Positions 25,474-39,700 of a stretch of 64,000 nt of DNA are shown here, in pieces. The position numbers and the translations under genes are program-made. The stretch covers positions 8,060,001 to 8,124,000 of the forward strand of contig CM106585.1 of NCBI GenBank assembly GCA_048013815.1, given 5' to 3'. The notes under the pieces were generated by a model, which ran no database searches, was not told where the DNA came from, and was given only the letters and a program-made list of their open reading frames with translations. Each line of letters opens with the position of its first letter. Within the stretch, counting starts at the first letter, position 1. The DNA is from Setoptus koraiensis (taxonomy: Eukaryota > Animalia > Arthropoda).

Positions 25474-27472
25474 CATGTTGTCCAACCACACTTTGCGCCA
25501 CTTAAATGATGACTAATACATGTCAATGTGGATACTCGCTGTCTGAATATACGCTACGCAACATATATGATGGAAAATATTATTTGTCACACAATCCGGC
25601 TTGGCAAACAATCTTGGACGCAACACTATTTGTGTGTATTGCGTCATTGTTACAAAATCGCCCTTTGTTGTTATGTTGTGGTGCTGCTTGCTGCAACGTA
25701 ATATATTGCCTACTGGTGTGTGGCGCTATTTATCAATCTATGTGTATGTGTGTGTGTGTGTGGCTTCGCTACTTGACCAACCACCAACTATTATTTGTCT
25801 GCCTGCCACAAATCATTACTGACCGTGTATATTGTGTCAAACGACGCACGACAATAATCGCGACGCTATACACAACAATGGCTTGCCAAACGCGTTTGTT
25901 ATGTCCACACATATATACGCAACCACACTTGCTATGTAACAACAAACCGAATACAATATGCTCTCTTATGGACGGTCTTGGCGCAACAAACAAACGCGCT
26001 TGCAACGCTAACAAATTGTCCCTGTCTGCGCTAATGGGTTAAACAACAACGGAATGCTCTATGCTCTTCTGTCGTTACACTATTTTGTTGTGTTGGCCGC
26101 TAAAATACTGACCACAACATAACCAATTGTGTGAATGGACCTGCATCAATCGTGTCAAATCAAACAATCAATCATGGCCCGAATGGCTCGACGGCCTCAA
26201 TGCTCTATCGACCATCATTGGGTTCTTTGTTGGTGCGCTTTTGGTGCCAACTATAACTACAATCGCAACAACCGATTAACGGTGTTTGCATTTGCATTGT
26301 GCATTAATACATTGGCTTCGTTGCAACATTTGACTGACACCACCATTATACACAAACACCAAATTTATTCCATACATGATTACATCTGACTGGCAACCAT
26401 CATACATTTACATGCAAACACATTTGTTTATGTACCAACTCATACGGCACCATTTGTGTGAATTGAATATATAAATTGATGGCTGTGTCTCACCGGTGTC
26501 ACATTTACTAATGACAACTCAACGTTTTATACTACCACATCTGGCGACTTGCTCTCTCCGATGTGCTCCACCTAATAATAATGCCCCAACGATGCCGACG
26601 TTACACAAACATTGACGCTGTTAATGAATGTGATAAAAACACAACTGACCAATCAAACGATGGACAAACGAACAAAAACGTACCATACACTGTCATTGTT
26701 GTTATATTACCAACTAACCAACAACAATCCGTCACGTGCTACCAACACCTAACCTGTGCCTAACGTGTCCATTCCTAACCGGTCCGATCGATCGGCAAAC
26801 TATTTTACTGCTGCACCCATTTCAATTGGTACCTGTTCAATTTAAATGTTGATGCTGGCTGGACCCATATATATGGTCGATTGTTTATTTCGCCTAAACA
26901 AACTAAACATCACCGAAAACCGTGCCCCGTTGTTAATGCCCTCTAATCAAACTAATATTCACCTATGCCAACCACGCTACTACCTTTACAACGGTGTTTA
27001 TTATGCGCCTTGCAATTACTATATCAACTACAAAACAACAACCACGACAACAACGACATCAATAATAATAATAACTTCCTTGTTTCTTGCCAAACACGCA
27101 ATGGTCACGTTCTCGAATTTATACTATACCTAACGCCCACGATGTCATCTCCTCGTTGGTGCTGCTACCATCACCTCAAAACTGAACATTCCAACGTAAC
27201 ATTTTGCTGTCAACTAACTAAAACCAACAACGAAAACAATACGCACAACCGCGTGCCAACCAATTTGATGGATCATCCGGTCAACTCTTCACCGTTGTTA
27301 TTATTATTATAATTATTATTATTATGATCTGTTTGTTTGTGTGCTCCCAAAATTCACCTAACCATCACTCGCCAATGACGTGCGCCTGCTTTTATAATTT
27401 ATTATTTATGCCTTATCACTATTATTACTACTATAGGTTTATCGAGCTTATAATAGATTTGCTCCTTATTAG
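18700..27472 (+). CDS. Rbfox1: RNA-binding Fox protein (Rbfox1/A2BP1); join(18700..19844,20204..20285,21088..21224,23885..23948,27437..27472)
   Basis: Near-invariant Fox RRM ([56 protein letters not shown]), Ala-rich exons, [15 protein letters not shown] and terminal [11 protein letters not shown] (PY-NLS). Phases match at all four GT-AG junctions (2,0,2,0). Confidence 0.92.
20946..21022. repeat. Imperfect (CA)n microsatellite in Rbfox intron 2
   Basis: Direct reading. Confidence 0.9.
25422..25469. repeat. (AT)n microsatellite in Rbfox intron 4
   Basis: Direct reading, about 24 units. Confidence 0.95.
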
Positions 27473-29757
27473 ATCATCATCATCATCACTGTCTAAATCA
27501 AATTACTACTCTAGTTGTTGGCGCTCGTCATCATCGGTACCATAAACATCAACTTGACAAGTCAATGTCCAGCATCGTTGTTCCTTACTATTATCATTAC
27601 ACCAGCACATTGTTGCCCATTGCAGCCATTGAGTCATAGTATTATTACAGTATAGTGAATTTGATTTGTTACAATTCGGACAATTGCGAAACAGTTGCAA
27701 CACATTTTTGGCTAGAATACATTCTTTTTTCTACATTCTAGTAATGATTATGCAACGGCCCAAACAATTGACGGACACATGCCTGCTCGATCGAGGCTCA
27801 TTATACATCGACAAATGCCAACTAGTGACAGTCCACACAAATCTCTGAGGTTCCAATCGAGTAACGAGCACGTATTTCGTGACATTTATCAACTGAACCA
27901 GTTATAATTGTCCTGTCACATGATCATGGTGCGCACTGCATTCACTAGTCCAAGTTGGAACAATCATCTAACCAGAAATAGATGTAAACATCCACTGAAA
28001 CTCAGGATGAAACTTTTTCCAAGTGAAAACTTTCAGAAATTATTTCAAAATGATGTATGAAATTAATTGATTGTTGTGTCGGGGTGGGCACCTTTCATCA
28101 TCATCAGTCACGAAGATTGTCTCACCTTACGACCACTAAATCACGTCACATATAAAAGTATTGAAATGAAATATTGGTGTATATATCATATTATATTAAA
28201 AGGTCCCTATATTTAGTCATAACAGGCTATACCGACTGCCAGAGAAAAAGTGTGATTAATTCATTTCTTGTTTTACTCAGTGACCATCATCATCATCATC
28301 ACACCAAAGCTAAAAAGTACCATTGTCATTGGAATGATTTATATAATGTCACTAACACTAAGCACGATTTCAAACTAACAACATTTACACACTTCATAGC
28401 AACACTTTCTCCACCATGTCCCTATGATGTATAATTAATTAAGTGCCTACTCACACTTATCTTATAATTATTGAAACACCAGGAGGAAAAATTAACAATG
28501 AAAGCAATCAAACAATCAATTAGATCTCATTTCATCTCAACCACACAACACACAAAACAAAACACTAATAGTCAGTGATAATAACGGGTCAGATACACTG
28601 ATGATGTAGCACACAAACTAGGACAAAATAGTAAATAAATTACGGTTAGTTTAATTTATTGATGAGAACATTGAATGGAAAATATTGATTATGGATAAAT
28701 ACTCAAGGCACACTCCCAATCCATTTTAAATTCATTTTATATGGACACAAATCACACACTCAAGCTCAAACCAAAAAAAGTTATTACATTACATAGATAA
28801 ACTGCGGTTCTACACGACAGACTAACTAGACATACTATTATTAAATAAGATACTCGACCAATCGATCAAACAATCAGCTTTTAAAGATGGACAATTGGTG
28901 GCTCTGTATTTACTGTATTCATCGGACAGATCCTATCAATTTATGACTGACTCTCTCTATCTCTCTCTCTATATATATATATATATATTATTCTAGAAAA
29001 TTACACTTGATGTGTTTGTACTACAACTAATACTTGGTGAGATGTGAATACATTAAATAGACACCATCTAATTCAAATACTACTATTGATATCACTATCG
29101 TGGGACATCCGTTGCATCGTGTGCAGTAGATGAATATAGACAGGAGAATGATGAACATTTGTTGAACCCAATATTAGGATGCAATCTATGGGTCAACTCA
29201 TGTATCGAGAATTTGTAATAAAAAAAACACATTTCATGATTTATCACATTGCAAATTAAGAAATATAAGAAGAATTATAAGGAGAAAAACAAATTATATA
29301 TATATATATACATACATATGTATGTATGCATATGTATATATACAACAAATAAAAATTCTCAGCTTCCTACAACAACTAGTGTTGTCATCCGAGTCTACAT
29401 TGTGTTCGATAGAATTGGAATTGCAATTTTTTGTCGTTTCCTTCATCGCCTGACCTGCGGTTTTATTTATATATTTTGACTATCGTCTGACAATCATAAC
29501 AGTTAGGGCACGCATGCACGCGCTCTAGCCAATCGATCAAAACTGACGTTAAGTTCCGTTTCTCACGTATCAAATGAATGGAGAGAAAATGAAATGTTTT
29601 TTTATTGATCAGTTACTGATCAGTAATTACTCAGCGAAAATTAAACTTAGACGGCTGATATGATACTGCTTTAATTATTGGTCATTCTTTCAACTTGAGG
29701 TAGAACATGTGAGAGCTTGTGACAAGTTGAATAGCAACAAAAAAAAAGTAAGATAAA

Positions 29758-30870
29758 ATGATTATTAAGTCGGTGATTGATAAGCGCAAAAAAGAGGCGA
29801 CGAAGAAAGCGGGTCACATCTGTGTCAATTATAAGAATAGGACACTCATTTGGGGCGGTTGGTCTCCACATGGAGCAAATAAAGACTTACTACTGTATAA
29901 TCCTGCAAAGAAAAGTTTTTCATCCAAACAATACAAAGGCTCCACACCATCAACTACACCTAGTTTAACGGGTTCCATTATTGGTGATAAATTTTATGTT
30001 GTCGACGAGTACGTAACGGATAGGACCCCTCGGAATATATTGAATTATTTAGACTTTAAAACAATGACCTGGTGCGCTAAGGAAAATATCGAAGGCATTG
30101 AGCCGCTAGCCTCAATGGGTAGTGTAAGTTGGGTTTATGATTCGAAGATGTACATATTTGGTGGCAAAGGTCCGCTCCGTAATGAAAATTTTAACCAATT
30201 GCGTGAGAGGCAACAGGGTTTAGAAATGGTTGACTTCGAGGGTGATGGCTGTGGCTACAGCAATCAATTGGTTGAATATGATCCAGTTGAAAATAAGTGG
30301 GACTGGCCCAGTTACACCGGCCAATGCCCATCGGCTCGCTCAAACACAGACGGTGCCTTAATCGGACACAAATATTATCTTTATGGTGGCGAGTGTGAGA
30401 GAGAGTATGGCGGCGATATTTATTGCTATGACATGAAAATGAAAGCTTGGTCGAAAATTGACCCAAAAGATGACAAACAGCGACCGTTGGCTAGAACAGC
30501 CATGTCGTTCACACAAATCTCATCGGATTCAATTGTTTTATACGGCGGCTACAGTGGCTGGGGACCATTGGACGATTGCTGGTTGTTCAACATCAATGAA
30601 AGAACTTGGAAAAAAATAGCTCTTCCATTTCATCAACCTCGATGGTTCCATCGAGGTGTCAAATGTTGTGAGGGCGAGGTTATCATTCATGGTGGATTTT
30701 CTACTGCTATGGGTGATTATTGCAGAGATTTAATATCTCTGAGAGGCTCACCAATGAGCCTGGCGAAGATTGCCTGTGATGCAATTCAAAGTGAAGAGCG
30801 TCACAGAAATGAACAATCAATCAAGAATCTACCATCCAATTTGCAATCAATGATAATAAGCGATAGCTAG
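29758..30870 (+). CDS. Kelch domain-containing protein (KLHDC1/2-like), intronless
   Basis: Repeated GG-containing kelch blades (LIWGG, MYIFGG, YYLYGG, IVLYGG, VIIHGG) and a C-terminal BC-box/cullin-box-like SPMSLAKIACDAI..LPSNLQSMI. Confidence 0.85.
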   Translation: MIIKSVIDKRKKEATKKAGHICVNYKNRTLIWGGWSPHGANKDLLLYNPAKKSFSSKQYKGSTPSTTPSLTGSIIGDKFYVVDEYVTDRTPRNILNYLDFKTMTWCAKENIEGIEPLASMGSVSWVYDSKMYIFGGKGPLRNENFNQLRERQQGLEMVDFEGDGCGYSNQLVEYDPVENKWDWPSYTGQCPSARSNTDGALIGHKYYLYGGECEREYGGDIYCYDMKMKAWSKIDPKDDKQRPLARTAMSFTQISSDSIVLYGGYSGWGPLDDCWLFNINERTWKKIALPFHQPRWFHRGVKCCEGEVIIHGGFSTAMGDYCRDLISLRGSPMSLAKIACDAIQSEERHRNEQSIKNLPSNLQSMIISDS

Positions 30871-33863
30871 AAAACAATTTCTAGCGGCAAAAATCGAATA
30901 AAGGTAGAGACAGAAATAGTAAACTAAATGGCAAACCCATTAGAAAGGGGCCATCAAATCAAGCGCGCCACTTTCCGTATAGACACTCCAAAAGGGAGTT
31001 AGACCTTTTATCCTTACTGCATTACTGCAATCTATAAAGTAGTCGACGTCTTGGATACAATCGTTGTATTTCATGCCCGCTATCACACTTTTAGAGGTGG
31101 CTGTAGCAATAGAAAACAATTGATCGGAGTGAAAAATCGGACTATAGACCAAAATCAAGAATGATCAGATGAGATACTCTGAGCAGATAAAAACGGAACA
31201 AAGTAATTTTGTTGCTGTCTAAGTCGCATTTATATTAGCAAGCAATGGCTGATATAATTGTTGGTAATATGTAAATACGTCAGGCATAAACTGATAGAGT
31301 GAACTGATTTAGTGTAACTTGTTCATTTGTGCATGATAGATTGAATCAGGGAAGAGAACAATGGTTCGTAGATTTGATCTGGTTCTTTGTCAGCACATCA
31401 AGTATATCGAGGATTTATCTTTCTTTTCTAGTTATAGATTTGTGTTGCTTTCGTCAGATTACGCACAAAAAATAATAATCTATAAATAAAGCATCAACAT
31501 ATTTTTAACCTAGATCAGAAGATCAAAGAACATTCGGAAACAGTGTATTAATGGAACTCTTTTGTACGTGACAATCCATTTACACTAGAGGACGAAAACG
31601 TGATATAATCGTTTGACTATTGATTACGTAGTTATCACTACCGAGCATCTGATTAATCTTGTCAATGGTAAATACAAAAAATAATGTCTATGTATTGTAG
31701 TGTGTGTCTGCTGCGATATTGATACCGCCATAAATGAAAATGTTTCCTATGGTTTCAATTGGAAAAGATTAAACAAAACACAAACTTTCCGTCCTTCGAT
31801 GCAAACTTAGTCCAAAATGATCCCAAAGCAACAGGTGGACTCTGGATTCTAGAAAAAAATGAAACGAACACGGTATGCAATAAAAAAAGCACGAGCTAAT
31901 GGCAGTAGAGTTTTTGAGTTGCGTCAGTTGTTTTTCCATCACATTCATGCACCAAAAAATGTAAAACCGGTGGGTCCTTATTTGGCCTCTTCTTATGATC
32001 TCTATGCTAGGGATAATGAATTTATCTATTTTCTATCTACTTTGATAATAACAATCGCATGACTTGAACGACTGTTTCTCGTAATTGATGTGATGCTGCA
32101 TATGCAAATTATTGAGCGACAACAATCTCGACATTTGCATCTAAGGCAATGGAATGGTTTTTTCAAGTGCAACTAGAACCAATCTAATTATTAATCAGAG
32201 ATAATGTCAATTAATTTAGCTTAGAACGATGAACAATAATGCATTTATTTTATCATTATTATAATCTGAATCTCTCATCTCAAGTTCCATACAGTTTGAT
32301 TACATCATGGAATACAAACAATTAAGATCATTGATTATACAATATATAAGACACACAACAAAGGTTTCACAGTTGTCCAGTCAAAAGCAAACAATAACAA
32401 CAACATGACTGCCATCTCACACATGATGGTATTGTAATTATGATTATCTAATCTTTGAAACAGGATAAAATGTTAGATGTATTGATAAAAGTGAATATAA
32501 TTTCACACACTCTCAATTGTAGACAATATACAATTGAAAGAGAAAACCTTATATGATATCATATCTGGTCACATTGAATAACATAAACAACAACAATGCA
32601 ATACACAATAGTCGAATTATGGTAGATTGTAATTGTTTGATAAGAATTGAATTGATAATTATTATAAGTTGATGATATATTGATGTAGACAATTCATTTT
32701 GATGCATCTCAACCCCAATAGTGGTGCGAGATGTTTATCACGGAGACCGGTTTTCACCACCATCATCACACACACACAGAAAATTATTATGAAACTAACG
32801 TTTGTCAGGCGACGAGTGTATCGGGTCCTAGTGACCTGACAAGTTGTGACAAGAGCAGTCCAGTCTGAGATTAATTGTCCGGCATGAAAAATATCTTATC
32901 TCTTTGGCGTGTATCGTATGATTTAAATATTTTCGAATTTGAGAAGAAGTTAGATATGAACATAGATGAGATGAGGTTGTTAATTGTTAATTGTTTGTTA
33001 GTTTGTTTGTTATTATTGTTTGTTAGATTAATCAATAGATAGATCAATGAATACAGTCCTCATCAATATTTGTTTGAAGCGTCACGACAGTTAATGACAA
33101 TAATCGTCAGACGTTTGATAAGACACCTTCGTTCGTATTGGTTGTGTCATTTTTCACAGTGATATTAGTTTATAGAACGTTGATAGCTACGTGACAATAG
33201 CTATTATGATTAATAGTTGTCTCTGTCATTATTATAACAATAAATATATAATAATAGTAATTGCTGATAGATATACACAGCAAACACATGTAGATAATAT
33301 GCGATGGGATAATAAAAGATTTTTGTATTTATATCTATCACTATGTCAGTTAGATATTATTATAACTATTTTTATTATGGACACTAACCAATTTGCTGCG
33401 GTTGCTGTTGTCATCGTTGCTGTTGTATTGTCCTATCTCTGTATTCATATAAATGTGCGTGTGGCAAAATATCACCCTATTTAATTAGACCGTATATATC
33501 AACATAATGATCAGACCGATCTTTATATCGGAATTTTTCTTTTTGTTACAAATCATGATAACAATAACATCAGTATGTTTGATCTAATCTTGTATAAAAC
33601 ATCTGATTGGAAAGTTCAATTAAAGTTACTCTATCTCTTGATCTCTTTTCGTTAATCTAACACCTAGTGGGTTGTAGTCGAGCGTTTCGACATCAATTTC
33701 ATCACCGTCGCTGTCGACGCTATGATATATGGAATAAAGAAACATAAATAGATGTACAATCGGATAGTTAATATTAATATTTCAATCAGTCGCATCACTA
33801 CATGACCGGCCCGCTGATAATTGTTCGCCAATGGTATATATACACTAGTCTGCGTGTATACAA

Positions 33864-33867
<4 letters not shown>

Positions 33868-33900
<33 letters not shown>
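33868..33900. repeat. (AT)n microsatellite
   Basis: Direct reading. Confidence 0.95.
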
Positions 33901-33901
<1 letters not shown>

Positions 33902-34403
33902 TACTGGAATAATAAATATCTTTAAGGCTGCAACAACAATTGGCGTCCAGCGACATGTAGTAGTTGCTACTGTTGCTGGGTGATCAATAATGGCATTATC
34001 ATATCGTTTTATCCATCAATATCGATTGTTATTCATTGTTATCGACAACAGCGCCAACAATATGTCACCATAGTCAACTAATCAATAAATACAACTTGGT
34101 TTATACTGTATGGACACTATAGCATAGTGAGCAAAGTTAATCAAATACTAAAATTGTAAAAGTGAATTTGTAAATTGTCTCACCTCCATCGAAATAAAAC
34201 TCATCTCATAAAAGAAATGTTTTTATTCAATTCTAAATCATGATATACAAAAGACAAAAAAAGAGATGATTGTTTAAAAAGCAAACGTTGTCTTTCAACA
34301 TCAAATTGCTTGAGCTATTAAATTTTTACAATTATTATTAGCATTATTATTTATTACTAGTATTATTATAACAAGATTATATCATCAACGTAGTTAATCA
34401 ACA

Positions 34404-36757
34404 ATGGCTTCTTACATCGAATGTACCAACAAACAGAGACGCTTGCCACCATTGACTATCCAAGAATACATTTACACCTATCAAGATCGTGAAGCCCTTG
34501 ACATGTATCCACCTGTTGCGGATTTACATTTTAACAATGATCATCAGCATCATCTTAGGTCATCCTATTATAATAATCACAATGATTATCATCAATTTAA
34601 AAGTCAAAAATTAAGCATGGACATTGATTTAATGACGCACATATTCAGAGGCAGTCTAGATTCTAATTTGTTACGTCGTGTTCTGTGGCCAGTTATTTTC
34701 AATCTAGTCGAACATCGTGATAGAATAGTATCATTCAATAATGATTTCAAAGTGATACCACACGAATGTAATGTGGAACGCTGGCAACAACTATCAGATG
34801 GTTTCAACGTGTACCTACAACAATGGAGATCTATATCATTTGAACAAGAGTCCCGATTTGCCTTATTCCGTGAACGAAAATCCTCTATTGAACGTGACGT
34901 AATTAGATGCGATCGTTTGCATCCATTTTACAAGGATCGACCTGAAAATTTGGAAGCATTAACAACATTGCTGATGACATATATGATGTATGATTTTGAC
35001 ATTGGTTATGTACAGGGTATGCTAGATTTGGCAGCGCCAATATTGTTTGTATTTGAAGGCGATCTAGTAAAGGCATTCTGGACATTTAATGAAGTGATGA
35101 AATTATTTAGAAGAAACTTTGAGCAAAGCCAGAAGACAATTCATTTTCAATTGAACTGTCTATTTAAATTGATAAAATACACAGACAATGAATTTGCAGA
35201 TTATCTTGTGAAATTGGACTCGGCAAATTGTTTTTTCGCCTTCCGGTGTATAGTGTGTCAATTTAAGCGGGAAATAATGAAAGAAAGCGAAGACGACTAT
35301 AGCAATGTACTGAAATTGTGGGACACTATCTGGTGTGTTGAGCGCTTATCTCAATTAAAACAACAACAATTGAAGCAGCAATGTTGCGACAACAACCACT
35401 GTGGAATAGGTATTGATATACCACAGGTGATGTCACAACAACAAGGAAATAAAAACAACCACAACAACAACAACAATAATCAAGTTATTGTTGATCACCA
35501 TAGTACCATGATCAATAATAACAATCATTTCCATTGTCCTGGACATATTCAGATCAGCTCCACTGTTATTGAGGTAGACGGACATCAACATTTTGAGTTG
35601 TCATGTTTGAATCAGCAACACAATCATCACAATGGAAGCAACAATCACAACCACTCCAGAAACAGAGCACTCAACTCGTCGGCCTCAGTAGTCAGTGATT
35701 TATTGACAAACAATTCAAGTGATTGGACAAGCGATGATCCCATGATGATCAAAGGCGACTTTGCAACAGGTTGCGAGAGCACCATAGACAGCAGTATATC
35801 ATGCAAACGAACAGAATCAATGCAATCACAAACTAGCCTGCCAGATAGTATACCATTTAATGGACATGACGGCAGCGGTTACGATGGTGGACATTATGAT
35901 GACTATTTATATCATCATGATCATCATCGGTCTGGCTCTAGCAATCACCATGGAACCAACACCACCACCAACACCACCACCATCACCACCACCAACAACA
36001 TCAACAACAACAACAACAACAATGACAACAACCAATTGATCACAAGCGTCGATAAGACTCTGGTGAACACCTCTATGGTCACCACCACAAATGAGCACAA
36101 TACTGATGATATCAAACAAATGAAGTCTAATTGTCTTTGTACGGCCCCCACCAGCCTGGGGCAGAGCAAATATTCATCCAGGCAATCCTTTTATTCGGCC
36201 ACTTCATTTGGCCAGACCCAGGCCGATCTACCTAGATTCTCATTATCGGAAACGGAGACATTTGTACTATCATTGTGTTTGTCATTAATACGAAGAGAAC
36301 GCAATCTCATAATGGACTCAAAACTGGACGCCACAGAGATACTACAAGTGAGTTTTCGATTAATTTAGTTTAATTTATTGATTAGTTTATTTTATCTAGT
36401 CGTCTCACTCATAATAATTTTTCTGAATCTAAAATTATCTTTTCATTTGATCATTTCGTTCTCGTGCACATCTCATCGCAACACCAGCATTTTATCGATC
36501 CGAAGCTATGCGATAACTTGGATCTTTTCATTGAGCATGCCACAAATATCTACTCTTACCTCAAGGAAGATTTCGACATAGATAGATTGTTCGAAGATGA
36601 AAAACCGTCACCCAACAGCAACAGCAACAATCACAGTCAACAGAGTCAACGACAGCACACATTTATCAGCACTACAAACAATATGAATTGTACCTTTGAC
36701 GAAGGTTACGACTTTCTCAACGATTATCTGATCATCAATTCAATACCCGAAGATTGA
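34404..36757 (+). CDS. TBC1D15/17-like Rab GTPase-activating protein; join(34404..36347,36488..36757), 737 aa
   Basis: Arg finger IERDVIR, Gln finger YVQG, LMTYMMYDFDIGY, FFAFRCIVCQFKRE and LKLWDTIW. A 140-nt phase-0 GTGAGT..CAG intron yields TEILQ|HF. Confidence 0.85.
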
Positions 36758-39700
36758 TCCTTCTCTGCCGCGCTCCCACTTTTTCTCTCAATCTCCAAAA
36801 TCAAATTTTATCTCTATGTATCTATATCATCATCATCATGTACAATTCATGTTTATATTTTTTTCCATCTTTGTATTTATCCATGGACTAACTGTATTAT
36901 TTTCTACATCGATTGCACAACAACAACAAAAATGTAATGCCATTTGAAAATAAATTTGGAAAAGTTCCTGTAAACTCTATCCTCATACAAACACATGTAG
37001 CTGTTGCATATATCACATATCTATCATCAGTTGCATCAGTTGGATCATAGTTGCCATAGTTGCTATAGTTGCTATAGAGCAATCACACAAGTTTTATCTG
37101 ATCGCCACCGATCGATCCGATGAATGTTAGTGCGAGATTTGCAAATAGTTGCTTACAAGTATGAGCACCATTCGATACTCATAGGCTATGAGTTATAGCA
37201 ACTGACTCGTCGGGGTTCACACGAACCTAATAATATTTTGTCAGCGGCCTCTTTTTCGTTGGAACTATACGAGGATGATACTAGCATATTGATCCATCCA
37301 ATACTGAAGTGGTGAATCGCACAAATCGCGCGAGAATCGCCCACAACTAAATTGACATGAGTCACAGAAAGTTGCAATGATTAGTGTTTTTAGATGATTA
37401 GGTTTTTAACCTTGAATCCGTGATTATTGCGGTGTTGCCGAGAGAAATCACCCTAGATCACTGTTGATCATAATCTCGAGGACGCGCCTAAATAAACCAT
37501 GTCTGCTAGCCCATCTAGTAGGTCTTTGATTGTTTCTCATATTTGAGTCCATACTGGGAAGACGCAAGATTAGGGTTCTCACAATGAGCTGTTTTCAGCG
37601 ATTTTATACACGACCTCAAATTGACAAATCAGAGCGGAGTTGCTAATATAGAAATATTACATGATTATTGTGTTAGCAGATGATTATTATAATAAATCTA
37701 TGTACATGAGGAATTGAAGTGCACTGGTTTGACTGGAATGGATTGGGCAATTGATTATAGTGAAATGAAATTTATAAGGCCAGAATTCTCGCTTAGAAAA
37801 GGGTAATGTACTTGCAATGTGACGGGTCATTGCATTACTACTGTTGAGTTTATTTGTGAGGTCTGAGCCACAGCGTAGAACCCCCTGAATCATCTTTCTT
37901 GGTATCTCTGTAGCTTGATTAATTCATTTGGATTGACCATAACATGGATTGCGTTAGATGATGCCGGTGCCAGCAATTGAGAGCCAAGTCAGTTCCACTG
38001 TTTATCTAGATTTATAGCAATTTGTCTTGCATTCCGTGTGTATCACAATACAACTGGTAGAAAAAATAATAATTATAATAATAATAATGATAAAAATACA
38101 TTGAGAAGATATTTCTCTCGTTCTTGTGCTCATGCATCGTTTATCACAGTGACAATGATATCACGGTGACATTGTTTCGAACAATAAGAACGCCACGCAT
38201 AGTTGACATTCGATACAGAGATAATGTAATATGCAATTAGACAAAAAGATCTTTTGTTGTGTTAGTGTGTACATAAGAGCAAAAGAAGAGCTTAGACTGT
38301 CAAGTTGGCCGAAAATTTAACCCTAATCTGTTTGGGATCTGATGAAGGCATAAAGGATGCAATGACATTATTGAAGTGTGCATAAAAGGTGCCCTCTGAC
38401 TCACTGCAACCATTCAACAGATATTTATCACACAAACAAACACTCTGAGACATCGATGTATAATTTTGTTTTTGTTGTTTTTCTTGAAACAATAAATGAT
38501 TTACAACAAATGATGGCTTGCGTTGGCAAAAGCGCCTAGCGACCTCTTACAAATATTGTGTATGTAAGTAGCAAATGAAAGTATTGTTCAAGCGAAGAAA
38601 TAAGAGCGAAAGAAAATGTAGAATTTATCTCTTTGTTCGCCACTCTTTGATACAATTAAGGAACTGCACATGAGGTGTCCCAGTTTCTTTTCTTCACACT
38701 CCACTCTTTATCTATCCCATGTTTTAGTTTGCATATAAAGCCAAGGTGTCATGCAAGCGAATGCGACTGCCATGCACTCGCCGAGCTAACCATGCCAAGC
38801 TGTTTGCAGTGCCACAAATAGTAGACACAGGAACAGGATAATAATCTCAAACTGAGCAAGCTAAATGATTTTGCAAAATGAATTCTTGAGTTGGTGTGTC
38901 TTTGTTGCATTGCATTGTGTTGTGTTGTGTTCTAAAACTGGCTAACCAAAATGAAAATATTATTATTATGTAGTCATGCATTTTATCGTCATGTGTCTCG
39001 CTTTTGTGCATCTCATTATGATAACGTCTGTCTATGTGCCTTGTTAGGGCGACATCATTTGGTGGTGGGCCGCTTCTTTCTATCGCTAGCAGGCTATATC
39101 ACTACTAGATCTATTGTTCTGCTGTCTATGCGCCATTATATCTTCTATCTAATAGATTATATCATATTAGTTGGGTGATGATGATGATCGCATCAGCGTT
39201 CACCACATCGCATCCAGTGCACGGCCTCTAGTGATTTAGTAGCTCGAGTATTCGAGTTGCCTCTTTCTAACTTTATGACATATATATTGCATATTCAAGA
39301 TGGGGAGACGACGAGCAAAACGAAGAATTTGTGGCTATGTAATAGATTGCTATATATGTGTAATATCTGTGTTATCTTGTGTTTTTAGATTGTCGTCGCA
39401 GTAGTATAATTGCTGCTGCAACATCTTTACATTTGCACTGCTCCAAATATATACACCAAAAGCTAGCTACTAATTTAAACTTGATGTAACCTTGTCACAC
39501 ATAGTTAGTTGGTTTAGTCTCGTTCGGGGCATAAGGCTGCTGCCATCAGAAGAACAGATAGCGACAACACGCCAACAAGTCTAACGTCGACACCAACTTA
39601 AGACGTAAACATCGAATCGAAAATAATTGTAAAATTCTCACCAAATCACCGGTCAACCTCGTCAACATCTTTTTCTACAAGCCAATGTTTGTTGTAATTC

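Noticed and set aside
26759-26768. CCTAACGTGT matching the start of the transposon TIR
   Set aside because: Only 10 nt, not TA-flanked, no GTAAGT and no partner repeat; compatible with chance in 64 kb.
18700-27472. TGCATG autoregulatory sites expected in Rbfox introns
   Set aside because: I did not spot full TGCATG hexamers in the locus by eye (only scattered GCATG), so no enrichment is claimed.
37710-38000. Minus-strand frame that reads plausibly if TGA is Trp (code-4 or HGT idea)
   Set aside because: Bounded by TAA/TAG, no start codon and no recognisable homology. All confident genes use the standard code.
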